64,000 bases of DNA from Nitrospirota bacterium (GTDB taxonomy: Bacteria; Nitrospirota; Nitrospiria; Nitrospirales; Nitrospiraceae): NCBI GenBank assembly GCA_963703955.1, contig CAVPGK010000015.1, positions 143,528 to 207,527 on the forward strand. The letters are read 5' to 3'. The notes under the pieces are model-generated. The model was not told the origin of the DNA. It was given only the letters and a program-made list of their open reading frames with translations, and did not search any database. This document shows, one piece after another, positions 23,134 through 32,310 of this stretch (position 1 is the first letter of the stretch; the number at the start of each line of letters is the position of its first letter). The translations under genes and the position numbers were made by a program.

Positions 23134-23387
23134 CATGCCCAGGCACTCTGCCCACGTACTAGCTGACCCGACGTAATAAAAAGAGAAGTGAAGGGCAGGC
23201 ATGAAACAACTGAATGAAGCGTATGGTCGTGGAGCATTGGCAATTCTATGGTCAGTGCTGCCACTCTTATGGAAGGCTTTAATGCGCTCACGAGCATATT
23301 TGCATACCTGGCTTCCCCTCGTACTTGATCCAGTTACCTTAGCTCTAGTCGCATGTTATTGTTGGCCAGAGCGAAGGAAGGGTCGCC

Positions 23388-23540
23388 ATGCGGTATAGCG
23401 ATTGGATGTTGAGTCAGGGTGTCAAACCGAACACCACCCATAGCAAAGGAATAAGACCAATTCTAATGTCTGCTCTCTTTCTACTTCTGATCATCCTGGC
23501 AGGTATCTTGATTGCCATCGGCGCGTTCAGCGGATATTGA
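23388..23540 (+). CDS. 50-aa small protein with C-terminal TM helix
   Basis: Hand translation MRYSDWMLSQGVKPNTTHSKGIRPILMSALFLLLIILAGILIAIGAFSGY; AAGGAAGG upstream. Confidence 0.5.
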   Translation: MRYSDWMLSQGVKPNTTHSKGIRPILMSALFLLLIILAGILIAIGAFSGY

Positions 23541-23625
23541 CTGAATTTCGTGGCAGACATTAAGGGAACGACCATAAGATCTGCTATCACTCTGTTAGAA
23601 GGCACATATGTTCTTTCATTGGGTG

Positions 23626-23749
23626 CCCCTTTTGCCCTCCCTGCGCGAGGCGAAAAGGGGACCCAAGCTGATGCCCGGTGGGGGGCGAACCCATCGCCAC
23701 CGATTAGACGGGATAGGTTGCGCCAGGGTTGCGGATGTGCGGACAGGTG
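23626..23749 (+). repeat. Island repeat element X, copy 3 (class A, GGTTGCG doublet)
   Basis: CCCCTTTTGCCCT..GCGCGAGGCGAAAAGGGGACCC..ATGCCCGG..GGGGG..CCCATCGCCA..GGTTGCG-N4-GGTTGCG..GCGGACAGGTG. Confidence 0.8.
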
Positions 23750-23826
23750 GCCCTCTCCTGACCGTCCTGTCTGCTGCCTCGCGTATATTTACGCGGTTGG
23801 CGTAGTGTTAGAAGGAATACCTAACC

Positions 23827-23873
23827 GACTCTTAATCAGCGGGCCGCAGGTTCGATCCCTGCACGGCCCACCA
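23827..23873 (+). other. 3'-half fragment of tRNA-Lys(CTT), att-site remnant
   Basis: GA-CTCTTAA-TCAGCGGGCCGCAGGTTCGATCCCTGCACGGCCCACCA: anticodon loop, T arm and CCA present; no D arm or 5' acceptor strand. Confidence 0.85.
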
Positions 23874-23912
23874 ATTTTTCATAGCAGTCCTTTTCTAGCC
23901 GATGTTCTTCCA

Positions 23913-25460
23913 TTATAGAGAAGAATGCGTTGCACTTATCGGAAAGAAAGGTCTTGCCTGGACACCAGGAAGTTCAACTCCGAGGCAGAAAGCGATGGTA
24001 GGGGCGAAGCTCATAATCGAAACGGGTTCCGTGAGCTGCGCGGGCAAGATCGAAGGTCCAGTAGCGAAAAAAATCCCTTCGGATTTATGATCTCCCGTCC
24101 GGCCGCCCAGATACTTCCCTTCTATTGTGCCGATCTTCGGTGAATAAATTGAGGAAATGGGGGCCTCTCTATTCCACTCTACCATCAGGTCGGGGAGATC
24201 GTCGATGCACCGCCCACTGAAGAGGTCGGTTGTCTTGAGCACTCGCTGCACCACAGGTTTCCCTGTCTCCACATTGACAAGCATCAAGAGGTCTCGAGCG
24301 AGTTCCTCACACAGTTGATCGTAATCGGGACCGCGATGGACGAAGCCATAGGGTTCACGGCCAACTAGGTTGATCCGAATGCCACCGTACACATCGTTAT
24401 TGGGGATCTGAAAAAAACGTTGGTTGGCCAACTCATCACTTGCCGGCAATCCATGGCCTGAGCCAATACGAGCCCGAACGGTAGTGAGAATGGGCTTGAG
24501 GGCTTGCCGGATAATCGAAGGTGTATGTTCCCAACACCGCCGGAGGATGTTTCCTGTCCTCTTCATTATCTTTCTACTCCGGGCGCTTTCAAGGCGACGG
24601 AGCACTTCTTCAAGGAGGAACGTCCCATCGTAATGTGGCCCCATACCGTGACTTGCGACCACGAAGACCGTCGTGTCCTCCCCAATTCGTTTGAGGAGTT
24701 GACCAACAGCCGCATCAATGGCGATGTAGACCTGCTCGATCGGGTCACCTAGAGCAGCAGTCACTTCTGGATCATGTCGTGGGTGGGTTGCATCATGTAG
24801 ATGCCAACACTGATGGCCTACGCAGTGGCTTTCACTGAACACTGCGAGAAAGAAATCCCAATTGCTTTGATCAAGAAAATATTGAACAAGGTCTAGTTTC
24901 ATCCTGACTCTGGTGAGCAAGGCATCACGAAGGCAAGTAAATTCAGGCATCCCGCGCTGTTGTGAAGCATCGCACGTTCCTATTAATGGGTCTCTCCCAA
25001 AGCGTGATGCGATCTGTGAAGCTAAGACAGGAGGCCAGGTACAGAAATCGCCTTCGGGATCATGGCCTGTCCAGTCAACCACGTGAATCCCGTTGATATT
25101 CTCGCTGGGAAAGGTCTTTGGAACGTCTATTACAGCCACTCGATATCCCGCTCGGCTGAGCACATTCCAAAACGGCTCCTTCTTGACATTTCTTGGAATG
25201 AATCTGATATTGCTGTATGAGCCGGTGATGATCTGGTCAAAGCAATAGCGTCCATGCTCAGCAGGGGACACTCCAGTGTAAAAGGAAGGCCAGATCGCCC
25301 CGACAAAAAGGCCAGAAGGGCTGGTAGTGATGCCCCAGGTAGCCCTGGTGAGGAGAGACTGAAACGTAGGGAGCCGCCCTTCGCGAGCCCACTGTAAAAG
25401 GAGGTCCTTGTCAAGGGCATCTAAACCAATACACACAACTTTGGGAGAGTGAAAACTCAT
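23913..25460 (-). CDS. Alkaline phosphatase superfamily (nucleotide pyrophosphatase/phosphodiesterase-like) protein
   Basis: VVCIGLDA, WPSFYTG..PAEHG, HCVGHQCW, VVASHGM, TGDHKSEG. Confidence 0.88.
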   Translation of the reverse strand: MSFHSPKVVCIGLDALDKDLLLQWAREGRLPTFQSLLTRATWGITTSPSGLFVGAIWPSFYTGVSPAEHGRYCFDQIITGSYSNIRFIPRNVKKEPFWNVLSRAGYRVAVIDVPKTFPSENINGIHVVDWTGHDPEGDFCTWPPVLASQIASRFGRDPLIGTCDASQQRGMPEFTCLRDALLTRVRMKLDLVQYFLDQSNWDFFLAVFSESHCVGHQCWHLHDATHPRHDPEVTAALGDPIEQVYIAIDAAVGQLLKRIGEDTTVFVVASHGMGPHYDGTFLLEEVLRRLESARSRKIMKRTGNILRRCWEHTPSIIRQALKPILTTVRARIGSGHGLPASDELANQRFFQIPNNDVYGGIRINLVGREPYGFVHRGPDYDQLCEELARDLLMLVNVETGKPVVQRVLKTTDLFSGRCIDDLPDLMVEWNREAPISSIYSPKIGTIEGKYLGGRTGDHKSEGIFFATGPSILPAQLTEPVSIMSFAPTIAFCLGVELPGVQARPFFPISATHSSL

Positions 25461-25955
25461 AAGTCCCTCTCTATCCCCTACTCGGTTGGTCTTTCGTCTC
25501 AGTGTGGTTCCCTTCCTTCATCATGGGCAGACACAACCTCCGGCAAGACGGCTGATTTTAACCAAAAACTCACATAAAAGAGATATCCCCCTTTCGAAGC
25601 AGGCACCCGAAGAGCACTCCCCTCTGACCGATTGTTAACTAGCAGATGTGCTTTTCGATCTTTATTGACCGCCTATGGAACATGCTGAAGCGCGTCTGGG
25701 CGCATTCCTGGAGAGGGCGGACGACCGTCGGATAACATCGCCTCAGAAGACGGACCCCCCTTTTTCTAATTTCCCAAAAAATTCTCTTCATACCTTTACC
25801 GTGACCCTGTATGCCTAGCTACCTTACCTGTGCCTGACGACCACCTTAGCTGGCGGAACAAGGGTGCCACCGGGGTAGTGTTAATACGGTGTTAGCGAGA
25901 GAGACAAATCAAGGAAATGGTACAGGGAGACAAGCGATTCTTTATTTGATTGACG

Positions 25956-26027
25956 CCCCCCCCTTTTTGTAACCGTGCGCATCGCCGGGTCCCATCTCAA
26001 GTCCAGCCCCGGCGGGGGGTGTGCCCA
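25956..26027 (+). repeat. Island repeat element X, copy 4 (class B)
   Basis: CCCCCCCCTTTTTG..GCGCATCGCCGGGTCCCAT..GCCCCGGCGGGGGGTGTGCCCA. Confidence 0.75.
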
Positions 26028-26749
26028 CACGTGCAACGAATGCCTCTCCTTTCTGAAAATCCACACCCCCTAGCTCACTTTTTTCAGACGATCGTTCTGG
26101 GGATGAGCTTCGGTGCCGGTAGCACCGAGATCGTGTCTGCTTCATTGGGCGCACCCGTTGTCACAGTCGCCATGATGAACCCCGCATGTATCCATCTTGA
26201 CCGACCTGTATCCATCCAGATAACTCACCACAAGCTGGCCTTGGCCCGTGACGGCATAATAACCTGTCCCGTTGCGGGCTTCTGTCTTCATCTCCTGTTC
26301 GAATATGACGGCACGCTCGTTGCTCATCGCTCCCATCTAGAAACCATCAAGCAAGGCAACGTCATCTGTGGAGCGTATGATGCCAATTGTATTTGTCCTG
26401 GCTGCACTCTGTATCTTTGTGGTCTGGGAACTGGTCCACGAGAAATTATAGTGGAGTCGGCAGGGAACCCATCGAGTAGGGCCCAGGCCGGGGGAAGGGC
26501 ATGCCCATCTGGTTCTGTCTCAAAACTGATTCTTTGTATCGCAACGGACACATTGCGGGGATCTCTGTTGAGCAAGCACATCAAGCACCGCTTCCACTCA
26601 GTTCACCCGTCAATCAGGCCTGCGATGGAATCACCGAGTAACAACGCCCATTTCGGAAGGGACATCAACTCGCTCAGCAGGAGACACAAAGGCATGAGCA
26701 TGGCTACGTGTAAACTACAGGTCAAACCTCTCTCTCCTCGAGGAGTAAC

Positions 26750-26902
26750 ATGCTCAACATCGTAATCGCATGGCTGATCTTGGACATTGTGGCTGTACTG
26801 ATGGTGTTGCACGATTACCACCGGTGGCACCGCAATGTTGAACCGATCAACGATGAGGAGAATATCCCTGAGACCCCGATAGATCGTCTCCCCGCTGCTT
26901 AG
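26750..26902 (+). CDS. 50-aa small membrane protein (copy 2)
   Basis: AGGAG RBS; MLNIVIAWLILDIVAVLMVLHDYHRWHRNVEPINDEENIPETPIDRLPAA. Confidence 0.75.
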   Translation: MLNIVIAWLILDIVAVLMVLHDYHRWHRNVEPINDEENIPETPIDRLPAA

Positions 26903-26925
26903 CCCTCAGCTCTCAACCCTGAGTA

Positions 26926-27050
26926 CCCCTTTTTCCCTTCCAGCGCGAGACGGAAATGGGACCCATGCTCATGCCGGTAGGGGGGTGTGCCCATCGCCAT
27001 CGGATAGGGCTAGGTAGGTTGCGCCTGGGTTGCGGAATTGCGGACAGGTG
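26926..27050 (+). repeat. Island repeat element X, copy 5 (class A, GGTTGCG doublet)
   Basis: CCCCTTTTTCCCTTCCAGCGCGAGACGGAAATGGGACCCATGCTCATGCCGGTAGGGGGGTGTGCCCATCGCCA..GGTTGCG-N4-GGTTGCG..GCGGACAGGTG. Confidence 0.85.
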
Positions 27051-27264
27051 AACTTCCGTCTCATACGGACCTTTACTCATGTTCCTTGAGTGAATGCGCT
27101 CAACATGACGAGCGTACGCCACCGTCAGATTAACGTCGTACCCTTACATCTTCGGATTGCTCGATCATCCGAATGGCTAATACACGTCGCCCTTGGATTC
27201 ACGTACTGTTCTCGACAACGTACTTGTGAACCACGGAGAGCGATGTGATGAGAGGGAGAGTCCT

Positions 27265-27462
27265 ATGAAGGTAATGATCACCGTCGATTTCAGCGTCGAG
27301 GAATGCCGTGCCATCGCCGATGCCCACGGTGATCGGGCTCCCGCGCCCTATGGACGCGTCCAAGACTGGATGTCCAGCACGATCCTGAGTGCGCTCGACA
27401 ACCTTGTTGCCGCCTACAATCTGAAGAACAAGGGCACCCTTCCACAGAACCCCGCTGCGTAA
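27265..27462 (+). CDS. Small hypothetical protein
   Basis: GAGGGAG RBS, MKVMITVDFSVEECRAIA... Confidence 0.55.
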   Translation: MKVMITVDFSVEECRAIADAHGDRAPAPYGRVQDWMSSTILSALDNLVAAYNLKNKGTLPQNPAA

Positions 27463-27600
27463 GACACGCCTGGGGCTTTGGGTTGAGCCCGGTCCCATCC
27501 CACCTTTTGACAATCCCCTGCCATCCCTCATAGGCGAAGGCTGACGTTTCGACGTGGATCAATAGGGAAAGCGCCATCACACCGTGCGTTCTACCAAGCT

Positions 27601-27942
27601 CTACTCCCCGCCCACCTGTGTGTCAGGGCAGCGCCAGCGAGTGACGATCTCCGTCCCTTGATAGAGAGCCCACTCGGTGAATGGCAAGCAGAGTTGCCGT
27701 GGGCTAGTGTCCGCCTTCGCTGCCGTCACCCCTCCTCCCACTGTCAGATGATCCACCGCCAGCTCAAACTGCGGGAGGTGTGCAGCGGTGAAAAAGAGAC
27801 TATAGGGGCTGCGGCCTTTGGCTCTGAAGCATTGCCACCGGACCGAAAAGCGCCATTCGCCCCGATCAGAGCGGACCTGGTCAATAGTGGCGACAGTACC
27901 CGCCGGAATGTCATCGAACGCGACGAGGGCACGCACGGTCAC
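27601..27942 (-). CDS. Hypothetical protein; 3' portion duplicated elsewhere in the island
   Basis: C-terminus ALYQGTEIVTRWRCPDTQVGGE recurs at 30097-30167; internal part recurs at 20311-20420. Confidence 0.55.
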   Translation of the reverse strand: MTVRALVAFDDIPAGTVATIDQVRSDRGEWRFSVRWQCFRAKGRSPYSLFFTAAHLPQFELAVDHLTVGGGVTAAKADTSPRQLCLPFTEWALYQGTEIVTRWRCPDTQVGGE

Positions 27943-28205
27943 CCCGTAGGCGATTTGATCTTGAGAGCCGATTGCCTATTTTGGCGGCCTTCATGACCGA
28001 CCACCCAGATCGCCTCGACGAACTGCCGCCTCAGCCGGGAGGGTTACGACCTCAGTCCGATTGTGGGGATTCATGGAGAAGCGGATAGTGGCAGAGAGCC
28101 CGCTGCGCGGAGATTGGGAGGCATGTCCGGCGGATTGATATTATGGTCTTCTGCAGAAGCCCGAATACCAGTGGCGAGCCGGCGTGCCGCCGGGGGTACG
28201 ATCCC

Positions 28206-28583
28206 ATGCCCCTGATTATCTGTAGCGGCGTGATCCTGCTTCTTGTTGCCCGGAGCCATGCCGTCGCACAGAGCTTTACTGACAATGCCCCGCTCACGAC
28301 GTTTCTGTTCGGTCGTTCGAGTGTTCCGACGATCCAACTCACGTCGCCTGTCTCGCCCATTGGTCCAATCACCTATACGGACCCCGTCACCACGACGGTG
28401 CTCCGACTCCCTGGTGAGTTTCGCTGGTGGCAGACGTGGGAGGGGCATCCATTCGCGTTCCGCTTGGGCCTGGGGTTTTCTGGAGGCGAGACGCGTGACG
28501 TCACTCGCCTCATATTGGACCAGCCGGCGGCGCACGGTTTCGCGCCCAATGAAGTCCACGTCGGAGTTTGGATTCCATTTTGA
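28206..28583 (+). CDS. Secreted hypothetical protein
   Basis: Signal peptide (..SHAVAQ); C-terminal VGVWIPF resembles a beta-barrel terminal strand. Confidence 0.5.
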   Translation: MPLIICSGVILLLVARSHAVAQSFTDNAPLTTFLFGRSSVPTIQLTSPVSPIGPITYTDPVTTTVLRLPGEFRWWQTWEGHPFAFRLGLGFSGGETRDVTRLILDQPAAHGFAPNEVHVGVWIPF

Positions 28584-28820
28584 TGGCGGACCACCTGGAA
28601 TGCCCCCGGCTAACCGTGTCGGTACCCTGAAAGAGTTGGCGTTGAACCAGATCCGTTCCCCTGGAGGGCCTGCATGTCTTTGCGAACTCTAAGGCTGAGG
28701 TGATAAAGAACTTCTATCTCGGGGCGGTGCAAGAATTCTTTCGTGTTCGAAGCTGGCTTAGATCCACGATCGTGATGGATCTGTCTAGGAGGTCGACCCA
28801 TTACTGCCCCCACCACGTTC

Positions 28821-29057
28821 GTGTTGGAACCCACGCGAGAAGTAACTTCTACATGGGCTTGCTCGCCCAAACCGCTGGACATCAATACCGCGTCAGCCGA
28901 TCAACTCAAAGCCCTGCCCGGCGTCGGTGAGGCCTACTCAGAGAAGATCATCAAGGGGCGACCGTACAAGCGAAAGGATGAGCTAGTGCAGAAGAAGGTG
29001 ATCCCACAAGCGACCTATGACAAGATCAAAGATCAGATCGTGGCGAAGCAGAAGTAA
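28821..29057 (+). CDS. Helix-hairpin-helix (ComEA-like) DNA-binding protein, possibly 5'-truncated
   Basis: [31 protein letters not shown]. Confidence 0.8.
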   Translation: MLEPTREVTSTWACSPKPLDINTASADQLKALPGVGEAYSEKIIKGRPYKRKDELVQKKVIPQATYDKIKDQIVAKQK

Positions 29058-29075
29058 AGTCGGTCTGACCTTGAG

Positions 29076-29312
29076 TTAACAGCGAGTCGTGTATTGACAA
29101 TTAGAATATGGGGGAAGTCCACTTTGCGCTGGGTTGCCGGCGCGGTCTGGTGGCCCATACTGCTGATGGCGGACATCGGAGCCGCCATACGGAGAGGCTC
29201 CGTAGGAAGGAGTCTCGGGTTCTTGTCGTGGACGCGTGCCGCCATCCGCGCAGCCCACCAGAAAGAGTGCCATCACGCCGATGCAAGGGAGAAAAGCCAA
29301 TTGTGTTCGCAT
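29076..29312 (-). CDS. Small lipoprotein
   Basis: AAGGAG RBS; lipobox LVGC. Confidence 0.6.
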   Translation of the reverse strand: MRTQLAFLPCIGVMALFLVGCADGGTRPRQEPETPSYGASPYGGSDVRHQQYGPPDRAGNPAQSGLPPYSNCQYTTRC

Positions 29313-29621
29313 GCGTAGGCTCCTTTGGTTAGCCGTGGCTCAATGACAGAGCCCAAATCATACGCCTAGAGGCCTCATCATTACCAGCCGAAAGGTGGTA
29401 CCTATTTTCTTGATGTAACAGACATGGATGACTGGACAATACCGCTGCCCCGAATCGGGGGTTTATTGCTTTTGTCTGGTCTCAAGCACCTTTTTGTAGT
29501 TTTAGAAAAATTCCATTATCCAAACACTGTATGCCTCTGCACCCTACCTGTGCCGCGAAGACCACCTTGCTAGTGAGACAAAGGCGCCACCGGATAGTTG
29601 CTTTATAGACTGTAGAGGTGG

Positions 29622-29729
29622 CCATTTTGCCGTCCACGGCGCATCGCCAGGTCCCATCGCAAGCGCAGCCCCGGTGGGGGGTGTGACCATCACCTTCGAT
29701 ACTGCGATGTAGGTTGCGGCTGGGTTGCG
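29622..29729 (+). repeat. Island repeat element X, copy 6 (class B, GGTTGCG doublet)
   Basis: CCATTTTGCC..GCGCATCGCCAGGTCCCAT..GCCCCGGTGGGGGGTGTGACCATC..GGTTGCG-N4-GGTTGCG. Confidence 0.8.
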
Positions 29730-29932
29730 TTGGGGAGTGCCAGAAACCTATCACGTGAGGCAACTAAGGTATCATGTCCATTGCGGAAACCCGCCGACCA
29801 TGATACCTGTCCACATCGTGCTGGTGCGTTAGACGACCTCTACGGAATAGCCCCATCCAGTATTGCCCCCAGCAAAGTGAGTAGGTAACCAAAAGCGGCC
29901 ACATTGTGAGCGGCAGAGGCCGGGCGGACCGA

Positions 29933-29998
29933 CCTTTTGCCCTTGGGGCGCGAGGCGGAAATGGGACCAACGCTTAAGCCGGTGGAGGGTGTGCCCAT
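29933..29998 (+). repeat. Island repeat element X, copy 7 (class A)
   Basis: CCTTTTGCCCTT..GCGCGAGGCGGAAATGGGACCAACGCTTAAGCCGGTGGAGGGTGTGCCCAT. Confidence 0.82.
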
Positions 29999-30552
29999 GC
30001 GAGGCGGCAGAGGCGGCAGATGATTAAGTAGCGCCTGTGCAGACTGGTGCACAGACCAATAGGGAAAGAGCTATCACACCGTGCACTCTCCCAAGCCTAC
30101 TCCCCGCCCACCTGTGCTTCAGGATAGCACCAGCGAGTGATGACCTCTGTGCCTTGATAGAGTGCCTTGCCTAGACTCGTTCTCCGGTCTATCACGCGCC
30201 CACCAAGGGTCTTGCGGCCCGTTTCAGGGTGGCAAGGCCGTGCGTTGTATGATGGAGGACAGTCCTTTCTGTCAGTTCTGACCCGTTCATACCGGTAGCG
30301 GCATGGTAGCAAGGATTATAAGCCATTGACGATTAACAGCATGAGAAGGTGTGCGGTTAGGGAAACCGCCGGTTTTGCTTGAGGATGTTGTGACAGCAGA
30401 AGAAAAACGGTATTGACAGCCTGAAGCCGTTTTGATAAATCTGATGAGCAAAGGCAGCTGGGAAATCAGAACAACGTCGTCCTGACCCCCAGCTCTGCTC
30501 TCGGGACAACGACGTCCTTTCGGTTCATCCACAAGCCAGGAGGACGCTCGTT

Positions 30553-30975
30553 ATGTCTCGAGGATCTGCTCGGTACACCGTCCAGAAAATCAGCGCCATC
30601 TTAATCTCGGTCTATTGTCTTAGCGGATGCGCCGTCTCGGTCCCACCGCAACTCCTCTCCAACGACGACGTGTTGCTCAAGCAGGCTCTTGCTCAGCGGG
30701 AAGCGGCTTACGCCAGGCTCACCAAAGCCATCAGCACTTATTGCAGCATCAGTCATGAGCGTTTCGCGGCGCGTCAGCAATGCATCCTTGAAAAACAGAT
30801 GGAACTCCAGGGCAAGCTACAGGGTAGAGGAGAAAACCGGAATGATCGGATCGCGATGATTCGACCCGAAGCTGTGTATGGTGAGACCGGCCCTACTCTC
30901 CAATGCGAGGGCGCAGGGTTACGCGTCACCTGCCGGAGAATAGCGCCGGCCTTGCTGGAACTGTTAATGAACTGA
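30553..30975 (+). CDS. Lipoprotein (hypothetical)
   Basis: AGGAGG RBS; lipobox LSGC. Confidence 0.7.
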   Translation: MSRGSARYTVQKISAILISVYCLSGCAVSVPPQLLSNDDVLLKQALAQREAAYARLTKAISTYCSISHERFAARQQCILEKQMELQGKLQGRGENRNDRIAMIRPEAVYGETGPTLQCEGAGLRVTCRRIAPALLELLMN

Positions 30976-31720
30976 CCATAAATAATAGGACGTGATTGCG
31001 TGGCGGATATGAACGCTGCGTTTCATGCGACGGAACCCATCCTACCCGTCGACTGTTTCCCCCTCTCTTCTAGCTAGAAACGTGTCTTAATGCAACAACC
31101 GCCACAGGCTCCAGACGGCGACTCACCTCCGTTGCTTTCTCGAAAGCGTACCGCTGAAAATTCCGCCTCCTCAATCAATTTCAGTTTGGGCAATCGTCAA
31201 CAGTGGTTAGGCCGATGCTCAAGACCTTTCCGCCGTCTTTAATGCGCCTTGCGGCGCATAGAGGCCGCTCCGTTGGTAGGGTCGTTTTCCTGTTGATTTC
31301 TGGGGGGCATGAGAGCTACTAATAATCCGTGCGCAGTGAGGACAGCCACAGTGTTTGGCGCCTATGCGGAGCCATGACAAGTGAGCAATTTTGACCAGTC
31401 CTGCAGGCGTGGAAAGGTGTACCATGTTTTTTTTAGCAAAAGGGCTTTCATGAATACAACTTTACAGGGTGCCCAATAGCGCGTCGCCTGACCCCATGAC
31501 GTTCTGAGCCACGCCGACTGCCCTATTAGTCGCGCTTCGCGACTCCTCCTGGCGCGATTGATTCTCCAGTCTCCGCCGCTTCCTACGCCAGACTCTCTTC
31601 ACAGGCGCTGTCATGCTATTCCGGTCATCAAGCTTGCACCAATTGAGCGTCCTCATACGTCTCGGTGTCAGTTAAGATAGGACTGGAAAGTGATCGCCCA
31701 AATTGAGAAAGGAGACGATT

Positions 31721-32089
31721 ATGCTACACGCAAGAGTTTCCCTTTTGGCGCTCAGCGTTGCTGTCATTGCCATGACCATTGGTGCACAGAGTTGCGCCAC
31801 CAAATCGCCAGAGACCATGTCCACAACCGGTGCTCAGGCCACCGCGACAGCTCCGGGACCGGCCATGGGAAAAAGCGACCTCATCTTCCAATACCGCGAA
31901 CAAGCGGCAGAGCTGCGCGGGATGGCGAGCCGGTTAGAGTTCGAAGCGGAAGTGTATGCTCAACGCCAAGAACAGGAGCAGGCGCAGCGGAGCCGTGATT
32001 TGGCGAAGGACATGCGGACCGCTGCCGACACAGCTGATGAACAGGCGCGCGAGTATCGCCGTCAGCTCCCGCACAATCAGGCGTACTAA
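31721..32089 (+). CDS. Lipoprotein with helical/coiled-coil body
   Basis: AAGGAG RBS; signal peptide ending AQSC. Confidence 0.75.
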   Translation: MLHARVSLLALSVAVIAMTIGAQSCATKSPETMSTTGAQATATAPGPAMGKSDLIFQYREQAAELRGMASRLEFEAEVYAQRQEQEQAQRSRDLAKDMRTAADTADEQAREYRRQLPHNQAY

Positions 32090-32310
32090 CATAAGCCGAC
32101 CGGGGCTCTCATGATCAGCTTCAACAGTAAGGGGATGACCGATATTTACTATCACTTCAGCCATCCCCTGTCGTTCACTCTTCAATCAGCGGCCCGGGCC
32201 GGCGAAGCCGGTACCGGAGGTGGAAGGGCAATAGGTCCACGCAACACGTGATCCGCGCAGAAGGTTTCCATACGAACGGTGAGGACTGAGTCAGGGCTGC
32301 GAGATAGGAG

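Noticed and set aside
25950..26765. 271-aa + strand ORF in the island
   Set aside because: Runs through element X and a duplicated module that is not open in its other copy; no RBS or motif.
30441..30485. Hammerhead ribozyme (CTGATGAG...GAAA)
   Set aside because: No stem II with a G-C closing pair before GAAA; the segment pairs better as a simple hairpin.
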